A stretch of 64,000 nucleotides of DNA, taken from IMG/VR virus record IMGVR_UViG_3300040944_000171, positions 6,627-70,626 of that record; one strand, written 5' to 3'. Below are positions 7,717 through 17,030 of the stretch, one piece after another (within the stretch, counting starts at the first letter, position 1; each line of letters starts with the position of its first letter). Below the pieces are notes generated by a model that saw only the letters and a list, made by a program, of their open reading frames with translations, was not told the DNA's origin and searched no databases. A program made the position numbers and the translations under genes. This stretch comes from a virus.

Positions 7717-9566
7717 CGGTGGAAGTCCCGGCCGGGCAGGAGGATGCCGTCCTGGCGAGCCTCGGCGGCGACGTGGACGAGGGGGATCTCAGTGTCCTTC
7801 TGGACATCGCCGCCCAGCAGCCGGGTGGTGGTGATGACCGTCTCGGGGTCGGGATGGCCGCGGTGGATGCCGAGAAAGCGCAGCGCCTCGGGCGGCCAGC
7901 GCTCCAGGATCGAGCGCTCGAAGCTGACCATGCCGAAGTCGGCGCGCTCGCTCCCCAACTCCACGCCCGTGACCACGGCCACCTCGTGGCGGGCGTGGCG
8001 GACGACGGCGTCGGGGTGGCCGGCGACGGACGGGTGCCAGAGGATCAGCCGCCGCCAGCCGGGGATGTTGAGGAAGCCTCGGATGGCGTGGGCCACCCCG
8101 GCGCCGGTCCCGGACGGGTCCATGGCGACCGCCTTGTGCCAGCCCCCGGGGGGCACCTGGACGTTGATGAGCGCTCCCACGAACCTGCTGGGCATCAGCT
8201 CACCGTCGGTGGCGATGAGGCAGCCCACCTTCGGCCCGCAGCCGTGGCTGGGCATGGGCGGCCGCCCGTCGTCGCGGAGGTGGCGGAGCGGCGGGCCGTG
8301 GACGTGCTGGGTCTCCCGGGGGACGGCGGGGTCGGGGGTGAAGCCGCTGGCGCCGAGCGTGGAGGCCTCCACGCCGGGCAGCACCAGCTGCTGGAGCCAG
8401 GCGTCGATCCGGCAGTTGTGGGAGAGGAAGCCCTCGGCGAGATAGGTGCCAGAGCTGGTCTGCATCTGGACCACGTCCTGCTCGCCAGCGGGCTCCACCG
8501 CCACCACGCGCAGCCGCTCATGGGCCTCCAGCCAGCCGAGCGCCTGGATGTCCAGCTTCGCGATGAGCCGCTCCGGTCTCACGGCGGCGAGGAAGCGCAG
8601 CCGCTCAGCGATGCCGCCGTTGATCCTGGCCACCTGCACCCGCCGACCGAGGCGTGGGCCAGCCCCGCTCGGGGCCACATGCACCCGGAAGTTGAGGCGG
8701 GTCATGGTCGCCACCGCCGCATCCAGGGTGGGGCCGGGAAGTTGGGAGAAGCTCAGATCCTGACCGCTGCGGGTCATGGAGCCCTCGCCATCGAACAGAC
8801 CGGCGAGATAGCCCGCATCCCGGGTCTCAAGCGGCGCCGTGGGGGTGAGGTACCGGTACAGAAGATCCCGCCCCGGCACCAGGTCGCGAGCCGCCCGCCA
8901 CCGCACCCGGAGCCAGCGCATCTCGCCCCGGGTCTGGGGACGGCTCCCCAGGAAGCGGTGATCCTCGGTCGCCCGCAGCTCGGTGCCGTCCTCCAGGACG
9001 ATGCGCAGCACCTTCGCTCGGGTGGTGGCGACCGCCTCCACGGTGGAGGGTACGTAGCGCCGGTACGGGCGGGCCGGGGCGTGGCTGCGCTCCTCCTCGC
9101 CAGCGATGAGTTGGTCGCCCACCCTCACCTCCCCCAGAGGACGCCAGCGCACATCTGCGGTCAGCACCCGCGCGTCGGGGGTGAGGCACCAGTGCCGGGG
9201 CTGGTGCTCGCCGTCCCAGATCTGGCCAGCGAGCTCCATGGCATCGGGGTGGCGGGCGATCAGTGCCTGGCTGAACTTGACGCAGCCCAGCCCGGGATGG
9301 CCCTCCGCCTGGCCCAGGTAGGCGACCTGGAAGGCACACCAGTCCTCGGGACAGGCGAGCAACTCATCCACAGAGCCCGGCTCGATCACCACGTCGTGCT
9401 CCACCAGCACGATCCCCGGGGTGGACGGCTGCCAGAGCCCCTCCATGAGCGCCGAGTAGTCGAAGATGGAGCCCGAGACATCGCAGCGCTCGAACGGGTG
9501 GCCGCTGGCATCCAGGCGGGCGGTGACCTCCTCGCTGAGGTGGGTGTAGGGCATCACGAAGCGCAC
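7713..9566 (-). CDS. glycosyltransferase-like protein containing an intein
   Basis: VLVEHDVV (DxD-like) and GLGCVKFS; intein CLTPDARVLTAD...SHN/C; GTG start after GGAGG. Confidence 0.75.
   Translation of the reverse strand: MRFVMPYTHLSEEVTARLDASGHPFERCDVSGSIFDYSALMEGLWQPSTPGIVLVEHDVVIEPGSVDELLACPEDWCAFQVAYLGQAEGHPGLGCVKFSQALIARHPDAMELAGQIWDGEHQPRHWCLTPDARVLTADVRWRPLGEVRVGDQLIAGEEERSHAPARPYRRYVPSTVEAVATTRAKVLRIVLEDGTELRATEDHRFLGSRPQTRGEMRWLRVRWRAARDLVPGRDLLYRYLTPTAPLETRDAGYLAGLFDGEGSMTRSGQDLSFSQLPGPTLDAAVATMTRLNFRVHVAPSGAGPRLGRRVQVARINGGIAERLRFLAAVRPERLIAKLDIQALGWLEAHERLRVVAVEPAGEQDVVQMQTSSGTYLAEGFLSHNCRIDAWLQQLVLPGVEASTLGASGFTPDPAVPRETQHVHGPPLRHLRDDGRPPMPSHGCGPKVGCLIATDGELMPSRFVGALINVQVPPGGWHKAVAMDPSGTGAGVAHAIRGFLNIPGWRRLILWHPSVAGHPDAVVRHARHEVAVVTGVELGSERADFGMVSFERSILERWPPEALRFLGIHRGHPDPETVITTTRLLGGDVQKDTEIPLVHVAAEARQDGILLPGRDFHR
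8415..9188 (-). mobile_element. intein (258 aa) with LAGLIDADG endonuclease domain
   Basis: N-terminal Cys, block B ELRATEDHRF, GYLAGLFDGEG, C-terminal HN followed by Cys+1. Confidence 0.9.
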
Positions 9567-10036
9567 GGCACAGCCTCCCTCTTGCGACGCTCCCGATCCC
9601 GCTGACACTGGCGGCAAATGCGCGTGCCGTGGGGCGGATGGTGATAGGTGTTGGCGGGGTCATAGGGGTGTCCGCGCCGACAATGGGTGATGGAGGCGAC
9701 CCAGCGGCGGCGTCCCTCCCCGATCAGGCCGCGTCTCATGTTCTCGGCGCGACTGACGGCTTCGAGATGTGCCGGATTGACACAGGATCTGCGCCGACAG
9801 AGGTGATCCAACTCCCGGCCCGCAGGCAGGGCGCCATAGGCCAATTCATACGCAACCCGGTGGGCCCGCACCATCCCGGCCCCTCGTCTGCCCGCGTTGA
9901 GCTGGCCGTAACCCTTCGTGTCGAGAGACGCCGTCCAGAGCCAGCACGGCCCTAGTTCAGGCCGCAGCGACGGGAGCGGGCCGTCCCTACTGACCTTGAG
10001 CCAGAAACGCTCCTCCAGCGTCCTCACCCGCGTCAT
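9554..10036 (-). CDS. free-standing HNH homing endonuclease
   Basis: CWLWT...GYG...AHRVAY...LDHLCRRRSCVNPAHL...EN; C-terminal THCRRGH..CRQC. Confidence 0.9.
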   Translation of the reverse strand: MTRVRTLEERFWLKVSRDGPLPSLRPELGPCWLWTASLDTKGYGQLNAGRRGAGMVRAHRVAYELAYGALPAGRELDHLCRRRSCVNPAHLEAVSRAENMRRGLIGEGRRRWVASITHCRRGHPYDPANTYHHPPHGTRICRQCQRDRERRKREAVPCAS

Positions 10037-10818
10037 GCCAGGTCATCGCCGAGGCCGTAGCTGAGCGGCGGGGCGGGGCGACGCAACGGCACGGGGTCGT
10101 GTGTCCAGGGCTCCGCCATGACGGCTGCCCAGAGGGCCTGAAAGAGCGACTCGTCCGCGTCCATGGCGCGGTACCTGGCGATGTTCTCGCCGTGCAGGGG
10201 GGCCGTCTCACCGAGGTCGCTCACGGCGTCGCGGTGGACGCGCCGGCGCGCCTGGGCCTCCGTGCGCCAGGGCAGATGGCGCATCGCCACCGCGCGGTGG
10301 TCGACCCGGTCGCCCGCGCCCTCCACGCCGTGCTGCCCGATCCAGAGGTGGGTGTCGGGGGTGGGGCGGTAGCAGACCTTCTCCCACGGCCAGGGCAGGA
10401 CATGGCGGTGCCGGAAGAGCGCGCCGGGGTCGTTGGGATCGGGGGTGTGCTCCCACACCGTCGCCATGCACACATCGGCGGCGAAACTCGGGGACAGCAG
10501 CTCGCGCAGCGGCCACCCGGTGGGCGAGTACCAGATCTCGTCGGCGTCGAAGGGCACGACCCAGTCCGCCCCGCGCTCCAGGGCGAGCCTCGCCAGGGTG
10601 TTCATGCGGCCCGCCTGGTCGAAGAGCGGCGAGGTGTCGGTGAGCACCAGGAGTTGCTCCGGGTACATCCTCCTGAGCCCCTCCAGGATGCGCGGGGTCG
10701 CATCCTGGCTCAGATGATCCTCCACGATCACCAGATCCACCTCGGCCAGCAGGTGCTCGACGGTGGTGCCGATGATGTCCTGCTCATCGCGCACCGTGCC
10801 GACCGCGACGACGCTCAT
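10033..10818 (-). CDS. glycosyltransferase family 2
   Basis: VRDEQDII...DHLSQDAT...WVVPFDADEIW. Confidence 0.85.
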   Translation of the reverse strand: MSVVAVGTVRDEQDIIGTTVEHLLAEVDLVIVEDHLSQDATPRILEGLRRMYPEQLLVLTDTSPLFDQAGRMNTLARLALERGADWVVPFDADEIWYSPTGWPLRELLSPSFAADVCMATVWEHTPDPNDPGALFRHRHVLPWPWEKVCYRPTPDTHLWIGQHGVEGAGDRVDHRAVAMRHLPWRTEAQARRRVHRDAVSDLGETAPLHGENIARYRAMDADESLFQALWAAVMAEPWTHDPVPLRRPAPPLSYGLGDDLA

Positions 10819-11300
10819 GGGCGGACCAGGAAGGCGAGCTGCCACGCAGCGCCGGGCACGGGGTTGGGCCACTCCGGCGGGCAGACGCTCGCCACCGGGA
10901 CCTCCTCGGGCGTCCAGCCGTGGAGGCGGAGCAGGTAGGCGAGCACGCGGGCGCTGCAGGTCCAGGCGTGGCCCCCCGGCCCCTCGCCGTGGGCGATGAT
11001 CGCCTCGAGGAGGTCCTGCGCCTGTCCCTGGCTGACGGCCCGGTCGATGTCGGGGCCGACCACCGCCAGGATGCCCCCGGGGGCCAGCACGCGCCGCCAC
11101 TCGCCGAGCACCGCCCCCAGGCGGTCCAGCGGGATGTGCTCCAGGAGGTGGCCGGCGTAGAGGCGATCCGCGCAGCCGTCCGCGAAGGGCAGGGCGCCCA
11201 CGTCGGCCACCACGTCGACGCGCTCCGGCTGGGGCAGGCTGTCGATGGCGATCCAGTCCTCGGGGGTCGGGTGCGTGCCTGAACCGAGGTTGAGCCTCAC
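10815..11300 (-). CDS. class I SAM methyltransferase
   Basis: RLNLGSG...LPFADG...HLLEH...RVLAPGG. Confidence 0.85.
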   Translation of the reverse strand: MRLNLGSGTHPTPEDWIAIDSLPQPERVDVVADVGALPFADGCADRLYAGHLLEHIPLDRLGAVLGEWRRVLAPGGILAVVGPDIDRAVSQGQAQDLLEAIIAHGEGPGGHAWTCSARVLAYLLRLHGWTPEEVPVASVCPPEWPNPVPGAAWQLAFLVRP

Positions 11301-11893
11301 AGCCACGACCCGGCCCAGTGGTGGACGCCATAGCACCAGGGGAGGAGCGAGAAGTCCTCGTCCCGGCGCTCCCGCTGGTCGATGTAGTACGGGTAGAAGG
11401 TCCCCGGGGGCAGGCAGATCCAATCGGTGCGGTTCGGGTACACCTGGGTGGCCACCCCCGGTCCCGTCTCCCACGGCCCGGCTCCCTGGTCCACGCGCTC
11501 GATGCAGAGCTGCAGGGCCTCCTGGATGGCTGGGTGGCCGGGCTCAGCCCCCAGCGCGGCAGTGCAGACGATGCTCGGGCTCTCCCAGGCGCTGAAGCCG
11601 CGCAGGGCGAGCAGCGGATCCAGCCGGCGCACCGGGGCCACGTCGTCGTCCAGGTAGATGCCGCCGTGGATGAGGAGCGCCTCGAGGCGGATGAGGTCAG
11701 CCCGCTGCACCCCCGCGCAACTCCCCATGTGGGGCGAGGTGCGCGGGAACTCGGCCATGTCGGGCTGATCCGGCCAGGTGCGGAACTCCCAACCCGGGTG
11801 GAGTTCCTGCCACCCCCGCCACCAGCCCTTGATCTCCTCGCTCAACGGCGTCTGGGCCGGAATGACACGGTGGATTATGCGGGGGATGCTCAT
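11297..11893 (-). CDS. DXD glycosyltransferase (OCH1/GT32-like)
   Basis: IPRIIH...RADLIRLEAL..HGGIYLDDD...TGPG...HHWAGSW. Confidence 0.9.
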   Translation of the reverse strand: MSIPRIIHRVIPAQTPLSEEIKGWWRGWQELHPGWEFRTWPDQPDMAEFPRTSPHMGSCAGVQRADLIRLEALLIHGGIYLDDDVAPVRRLDPLLALRGFSAWESPSIVCTAALGAEPGHPAIQEALQLCIERVDQGAGPWETGPGVATQVYPNRTDWICLPPGTFYPYYIDQRERRDEDFSLLPWCYGVHHWAGSWL

Positions 11894-12381
11894 CGGCCCA
11901 ACCCGCCCGGCGCCAGGATGGCACACTGCCAGCCGATCCGGCTCACCACCGGCCAGTCGTCGGGCACCTCGGCGATGGGCACGGCGACCGCCCAGGGCAC
12001 GGCCTCGCGGATGAGGCGGAGCAGGCGATCCTCGGTGCAGGCCCAGCGGTGCTCATCACCCTCCCAGCGGTGGGCGCCCCAGAGCGCCCCCAGAGCCGTC
12101 TCCGGGTCGAAGAGGAGCGCCCGGTCGCAGTCGGGGCCGACCACGCACAGCTGGCCCGCCACCGGGTTCAGCACCCGGGCCACCTCGCGCAGCATCGGCC
12201 CGACCTCGGGGAGCGGGAGGTGCTCCAGGAAGTGGCCGCAGTACACGCGCTCCGCCACCCCGGTCGCGAAGGGCAGCACCCGGCAGTCGGCGACCAGATC
12301 GGGGTGGCACTCCTCGGCGATGTCGATGTTGATCCAGGGGGGCGGCGCGGGCTGATCGCCGGAGCCGAGGTTGAGGCGCAC
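11890..12381 (-). CDS. class I SAM methyltransferase (paralog of 10815..11300)
   Basis: RLNLGSG...LPFATG...HFLEHLP...VVGPD...WQC. Confidence 0.85.
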   Translation of the reverse strand: MRLNLGSGDQPAPPPWINIDIAEECHPDLVADCRVLPFATGVAERVYCGHFLEHLPLPEVGPMLREVARVLNPVAGQLCVVGPDCDRALLFDPETALGALWGAHRWEGDEHRWACTEDRLLRLIREAVPWAVAVPIAEVPDDWPVVSRIGWQCAILAPGGLGR

Positions 12382-12389
12382 GGCCGCCC

Positions 12390-12581
12390 TCACCGGCGCG
12401 GCTCGAGCGCCCAGCAGCGCCCGCAGAGGCCCCCGTCCAGGCCCATCTCGGGCAGATCCAGCGCCCGCCCGCAGCGGGGGCAGCGCGCCGCCGGGTGGCC
12501 GCCCGTGCTCCAGTCCAGGCCCACGAAGGCCACCACGCCCACCAGCACGGCCAGGACGAGGAAGGTCACCCCCGCGCTCAC
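12390..12581 (-). CDS. small membrane-anchored Zn-finger protein
   Basis: TM plus CPRC...CGRC; same architecture as 7393..7716. Confidence 0.6.
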   Translation of the reverse strand: MSAGVTFLVLAVLVGVVAFVGLDWSTGGHPAARCPRCGRALDLPEMGLDGGLCGRCWALEPRR

Positions 12582-13684
12582 TGCCCGGTCCAGCCCTCGT
12601 CCCCACCATCGACTGGCTCAGGTGGCGTGACGGGGGGCGGTGCGGGCGCCTGCCCGCCGTCCACCACCTGGAGCGGTGCCTGGGGTGGCGCGGCGCGCGG
12701 GTGGAGGGTGGACGGCTGCCCACACTGGGTGCAGGTGACCTCGGTGTCCTGCAGGCGGTGGGGCTGGATCAGGCCGCAGGTGTCGCACTGCCAGCGGCCC
12801 ATCGGCTCCCCGTCCTCGCCGACCTCGGCGCTGGCGCCCTCGCCCCGGGGACCGAGGAGGCCCTTGACCCGGTCGCCCAGCAGCAGCGCCAGCGCCGGGA
12901 CGGCGATCTGGTCGAGCTTGCCGAAGGCGCGGTCGAGCCGGTCCCGCTTGAGCTTGAACTCCTCGCGGACCTGTTCCTTCTCCCACTCCCGCTGCTCCCG
13001 CCGCTCGATCCGCTCCGCCCGCCGGTCCGCGACCTCCTCCTCGATGGAGAGCCAGCGCATGGCGTCCTCGCGGCTCATCGTCCGGACATCGGCCGCCGCC
13101 CCCGCCGCCGCGCCCTCGCCCGCCGCCGGGGTCAGCCCGAAGACATCCAGGAGGGCGTCCTTGGCCTGCTTCATCTCGGTGGCGTTGGCCGTCAGCGCCT
13201 GGATCGGCGACACCTGGGCCGCCGTGCTGCGGCCGTTCAGCAGCTCCGCGAGGCGGCCGTCCAGCCGCTCCATGCCCGCCTGGATGGTTCGGACCTGGGC
13301 GGTCTGCTGGCTCTCCGTGAAGCCCTTGATCGTCTCGGTCAGGATGCGCCGATCCTCGCGGATCCCCTCCAGCACCTGGCCCAGCATCTGGGCGATGGCG
13401 TTGCTCTGGTGATCGTCGCCGCCGCCCTCCAGGCGATCCAGCGCCTTCAGCGCCCGGGCCTCGGCCACGCGCGCCTCCAGCTGGCGGAGGCGGCGGCGGG
13501 CGCTCCGCTCCGCAGCCTCCTCCTCGGCCTCATCCTCGCGGCGCCGCTCCTCGCGGATCTCCCGCTCCGACAGCTGGCGCTCATACCCGTTCGGGGGCAC
13601 GGCGGGGGCGCCCGCCTGGGTGGCGTCCACCACCGGGAACAGCGGCCGGTCGCGCAGCCAGCGCAGGACCCTGGGCTCGCTCAT
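12578..13684 (-). CDS. coiled-coil protein with C-terminal Zn ribbon
   Basis: E/R-rich helices; CDTC...CTQC. Confidence 0.7.
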   Translation of the reverse strand: MSEPRVLRWLRDRPLFPVVDATQAGAPAVPPNGYERQLSEREIREERRREDEAEEEAAERSARRRLRQLEARVAEARALKALDRLEGGGDDHQSNAIAQMLGQVLEGIREDRRILTETIKGFTESQQTAQVRTIQAGMERLDGRLAELLNGRSTAAQVSPIQALTANATEMKQAKDALLDVFGLTPAAGEGAAAGAAADVRTMSREDAMRWLSIEEEVADRRAERIERREQREWEKEQVREEFKLKRDRLDRAFGKLDQIAVPALALLLGDRVKGLLGPRGEGASAEVGEDGEPMGRWQCDTCGLIQPHRLQDTEVTCTQCGQPSTLHPRAAPPQAPLQVVDGGQAPAPPPVTPPEPVDGGDEGWTGQ

Positions 13685-14355
13685 ATCGGCAGCCTCGCCC
13701 CGGGGGCCGCCACCTCAAGCGGCCGCCGCGCCATCATCCGGCGCGTCAGGCCCACCTCGTACCCGTACACGTTGCCCTCCTCATCCACCCCCGCCGCCTG
13801 GGCGATGAAGCCCGTCATCACCGCGTCGAAGACGCCGCCGTAGCTGACCTCGTCCAGGATCGGCAGCTCCTGGCCCGCCTTCATGATCGCGTTTATCAGG
13901 GAGAACGTCTCCGGCAGCACATAGCAGGTGATCCGCACCCGGGCGTCCTCGGCGACCGGCCAGGACTCGGTGTGGATCTTGCCCTGCACCCCGAGTGCGC
14001 CGCTCGGGTCGTGGTCGTCGTCGTCACGGCCCCGGGGCGACGAGCGGGTGACCGGCACCCGGGGGGGCGTCTCATCGGCGGGCCGGGGCGGCGTCTCGCG
14101 CCGGAGGGGGGGCTCTGGCGGCTCGAGCGGCGGATCAGGTGCAGCGCCGCCCGAGCTCGCCTCGCCGGTCACCTGCTCCGGTAGGGTGCTGGGGATCCCC
14201 GGCGGCCGGCCCCGGATCATCGGTCCCCGCACCACCTCCACCTCGCCTCCCCTGCAGTTCTGCGTGTTGGTCTGGTGGCGGAGGATGCGGGCCGCGTAAT
14301 CCTCCCGCCCGCAGCGGATGCAGCGCAGTTTCGTCCCCGGCGGGTAGCCAGCCAT
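13681..14355 (-). CDS. Zn-finger protein
   Basis: CIRC...H.....C at the N-terminus; TACCAT -10 box upstream. Confidence 0.65.
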   Translation of the reverse strand: MAGYPPGTKLRCIRCGREDYAARILRHQTNTQNCRGGEVEVVRGPMIRGRPPGIPSTLPEQVTGEASSGGAAPDPPLEPPEPPLRRETPPRPADETPPRVPVTRSSPRGRDDDDHDPSGALGVQGKIHTESWPVAEDARVRITCYVLPETFSLINAIMKAGQELPILDEVSYGGVFDAVMTGFIAQAAGVDEEGNVYGYEVGLTRRMMARRPLEVAAPGARLPI

Positions 14356-14676
14356 GCATCCGGGATGGTACGCCCAGAGGTGACGGTTCGTCTCCCCCCG
14401 GTGGTGCCGCCGGGGCGGAGTTGCATCGCCCCGGCTTGCTCCCGGCCCTGTCGAAACCCGCTCCGCTCAGGAGGTTTCAAGCCTCCCGGCGAGCCGGTTG
14501 CAACCCGTCAGGCCCGGGCTACCACCTAGCCGTCCGCCAGCATATCCCAAGCGCCCCGATCCGCGCAAGTGCCGCCCGCGCCGACGCTCCCCCTGGCCCC
14601 GTGGTATGTTCGCCGCGTGCTGCGCCGCCATCGCCGCCACCTCCCCTGGCATCGGCGCCGCTGGAGGTTCCGCATC

Positions 14677-15153
14677 ATGCTCGCTGGACGGATCGGACAG
14701 ATCCTCACCCTGCAGGCCGCCGCCGACGACGCGGCCGGGCAGGACGACACCCTCGCCGTCATCACCTGGGAAGAGGTCGACGGCGCCGTCGATGCCGCCG
14801 GCAACAGCACTGGCGTCCTCGCCACCAGCGGGGTCCTGGGCAGCCTGGTCGGCTCCGGCACCTCCGCCACCGCCACCGCCATCGCGGCGGGCAGCGCCTT
14901 CGTCGCCGCCACCGCGACCGACCCGGACGGCAACGTCAAGCTCTCGCCCCCCTTCGCCCTCTCCGTGATCGCCAGCGGCGATGCCGCGACCGTCACCGTG
15001 ACCGGCAGCTTCGCCGACGCCCCAGCCCCGGCCGTGGCCGTGGTCGAGGCTCCTCCCGAGGCCCCCGCCGCCGTGCTCGAGGCTCCTGCGGAGGCTCCCC
15101 CCACAGTCGAGCCCGCCCCCGAGGCCCTCACTGCCGAGGGCCTGCCCGCCTGA
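14677..15153 (+). CDS. Ig-like beta protein with Ala/Pro/Glu tail
   Basis: GGAGG RBS before MLAGRIG; beta-strand pattern; EAP repeats. Confidence 0.6.
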   Translation: MLAGRIGQILTLQAAADDAAGQDDTLAVITWEEVDGAVDAAGNSTGVLATSGVLGSLVGSGTSATATAIAAGSAFVAATATDPDGNVKLSPPFALSVIASGDAATVTVTGSFADAPAPAVAVVEAPPEAPAAVLEAPAEAPPTVEPAPEALTAEGLPA

Positions 15154-15163
15154 TACCTGAAGG

Positions 15164-15190
15164 GAGGGCGGCCCCAACCGGGCCGCCCTC
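15164..15190. terminator. hairpin between convergent genes
   Basis: GAGGGCGGCCC-caacc-GGGCCGCCCTC. Confidence 0.6.
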
Positions 15191-15197
15191 ACCGGGG

Positions 15198-15683
15198 TCA
15201 GGCTGTGGGTGGCTCCGGTACGGTGTCGGCGGATCCGGCGGGCGCTCCCTGGATCGCGTGGAGGTGGCGCATGCCCGTCGACACATCGCTCAGGCTCCGC
15301 TCAAGCCCGTCAAGGGCCATGGCCAGGCCGAGAGGCCAGGGATCGTGCTCCGGTTGCGCCTCCAGGTGCTGACGCAGGATTAGGGTGTCACGGCGCAGCG
15401 CCATGAGCCCATCACCGCACCCGACGCAGAGGATGCTCCCCGGCACGGGAGCGGCCCGGTCGGGAGGCTGAGGTCCCCGGATGCGGTCGCCGATGGCCTG
15501 CCCGATCTGCATGCCGGCCGCCGTCAGCGTCCCCGATAGAAGGCCCAACGCCTCGGCTCGGGTCCAATGCTGGCGCTCCGGCTCCCCCTCCTGCGGCGGT
15601 GCGCTGGCGGGCTCCTCCGGTGGCGCAACCGGCTCCTCGGGCGGGGCACCAGCTCCGTCCTGACCCTGATCTCCGATGCTCAT
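15198..15683 (-). CDS. hypothetical protein
   Basis: 161 aa with GGAGG RBS. Confidence 0.6.
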   Translation of the reverse strand: MSIGDQGQDGAGAPPEEPVAPPEEPASAPPQEGEPERQHWTRAEALGLLSGTLTAAGMQIGQAIGDRIRGPQPPDRAAPVPGSILCVGCGDGLMALRRDTLILRQHLEAQPEHDPWPLGLAMALDGLERSLSDVSTGMRHLHAIQGAPAGSADTVPEPPTA

Positions 15684-15805
15684 CGCTGTCCTCCCTTGCG
15701 GCGCTCGCGCGCCTCGATCCGCTGCCGGATGGTCTCGGCGGTAGTGGGTCAGTTTGAGCTGCGCCGGGGTTGACGGCCGGGGTCCGGGTGTGCTTCCGTT
15801 CGACT

Positions 15806-16051
15806 ATGCCTGACCGCTCACGCAAGAACCGCCCCGCCGACTTGAACCGCCTCGCCGTCTCCATTGTGGACGAGGCTGTGGGCGAGGCCCCCGACCCGGA
15901 CGCCGGGAAGGACCCTGCTGCCGTGTCTCTGGGGCGACGGGGCGGCCTGAAGGGCGGCAAGGCACGGGCGGCGAGGATGACCCCGGAGGAGCGGACGGCC
16001 CTGGCGCGCAAGGCGGCCGCGGTTCGCTGGCACGGCCCAGAAGGCGGGTAG
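15806..16051 (+). CDS. small basic IS-associated protein
   Basis: RPADLNRLA...KDPAAVSLGRRGGLKGGKARA...ARKAAAVRW, a family commonly found next to such transposases. Confidence 0.8.
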   Translation: MPDRSRKNRPADLNRLAVSIVDEAVGEAPDPDAGKDPAAVSLGRRGGLKGGKARAARMTPEERTALARKAAAVRWHGPEGG

Positions 16052-16097
16052 GTCCCCCGCGCGCCCAAGTTCTTCGCCCGAGCTGCGCTGGCTCTGA

Positions 16098-17030
16098 CTA
16101 ACTAGCTTTTGGGGCACCCCGCAAGAATCGCGCCACCTGCGCTACCGACAGCTTGGCTGGGTCGGATACATCGGGGATCTCCAGCCCATCGGAAAAGAAC
16201 ACGACCTCTCGCCCCTTGTAGCGTACAGAGGCCCCGTAGGCGATGTCATAGGTGACCAGCCGCCGGCCTCGGTAAAGCGCACGGACCTCGGGTTGGTCGT
16301 CATACGAGACCATCCAAGGCATCGGCAGCTTGCGGACGAGCTTCGCAATCTTGGCGTGGTCGCGCGGCTCGTAGACGTTCCGGTAAAGATCCTGCCCCTT
16401 GCTGTAATACGGCGGGTCGAGGTAGACGAGGGTCTTCGCTCCGACATGTGGCGCCACATCCCTTAGAAAGACGGCGCCGTCGAGATTGTACACTTCGATC
16501 CGGCTGCGCCACCGCCCAATTCGCTCAATACGACGAACGAGGTCTCGACGATTGTACCGGGCGCCCATCTTCCATTTCCCGGTTTGTTGACGCCCACCGA
16601 TAATGCCTCCCGTAAGCACCCCTGAGCGGTTGACTCTGTTCAAGTAGAGTGTCGAGAAGGCCAGTTCCAGGGGCTCGGCGTTGATTGCCACCTGGACCAT
16701 CCGTTGGCGATCCCATTCCTCAACAGTGAGTGGGGCGTCGTTGACGAGGCGGCATAGCTCATCGGTGTGGTCACGGCAGGCCATCCAGAAGGCGTATACA
16801 CCGCGATCCAGATCGTTCAAGTAGATCCGTTGCGCATAGTCGCCGTACAGAAGTGCCAAGGCAACGGCACCACCGCCCGCATATACCTCCACATAGTTGC
16901 CGTCCAGCAGCCCGTTTGTGCGGAATACGAGGGTCAGGAAGTTGGCGAGTTTGCGCTTGCCACCCGGATAGCGCAATGGAGAGTAGAACGCTGCGGTGCC
17001 GACTCTATGTCGTTGTGGGGGCTGGCTCAC
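16098..17030 (-). CDS. DNA adenine methyltransferase (Dam/D12 class)
   Basis: SPLRYPGGK, EVYAGGGAV, LNDLD, YLDPPY, WMVSYD. Confidence 0.92.
   Translation of the reverse strand: MSQPPQRHRVGTAAFYSPLRYPGGKRKLANFLTLVFRTNGLLDGNYVEVYAGGGAVALALLYGDYAQRIYLNDLDRGVYAFWMACRDHTDELCRLVNDAPLTVEEWDRQRMVQVAINAEPLELAFSTLYLNRVNRSGVLTGGIIGGRQQTGKWKMGARYNRRDLVRRIERIGRWRSRIEVYNLDGAVFLRDVAPHVGAKTLVYLDPPYYSKGQDLYRNVYEPRDHAKIAKLVRKLPMPWMVSYDDQPEVRALYRGRRLVTYDIAYGASVRYKGREVVFFSDGLEIPDVSDPAKLSVAQVARFLRGAPKAS

Noticed and set aside
7719-9605. Long antisense and alternative-frame ORFs (also 12371-13843, 22768-24165, 26475-28034, 61747-63165)
   Set aside because: These are shadow ORFs expected at this GC content, lying opposite genes with clear motifs; they are R/P/G/A-rich and lack RBS or coupling.
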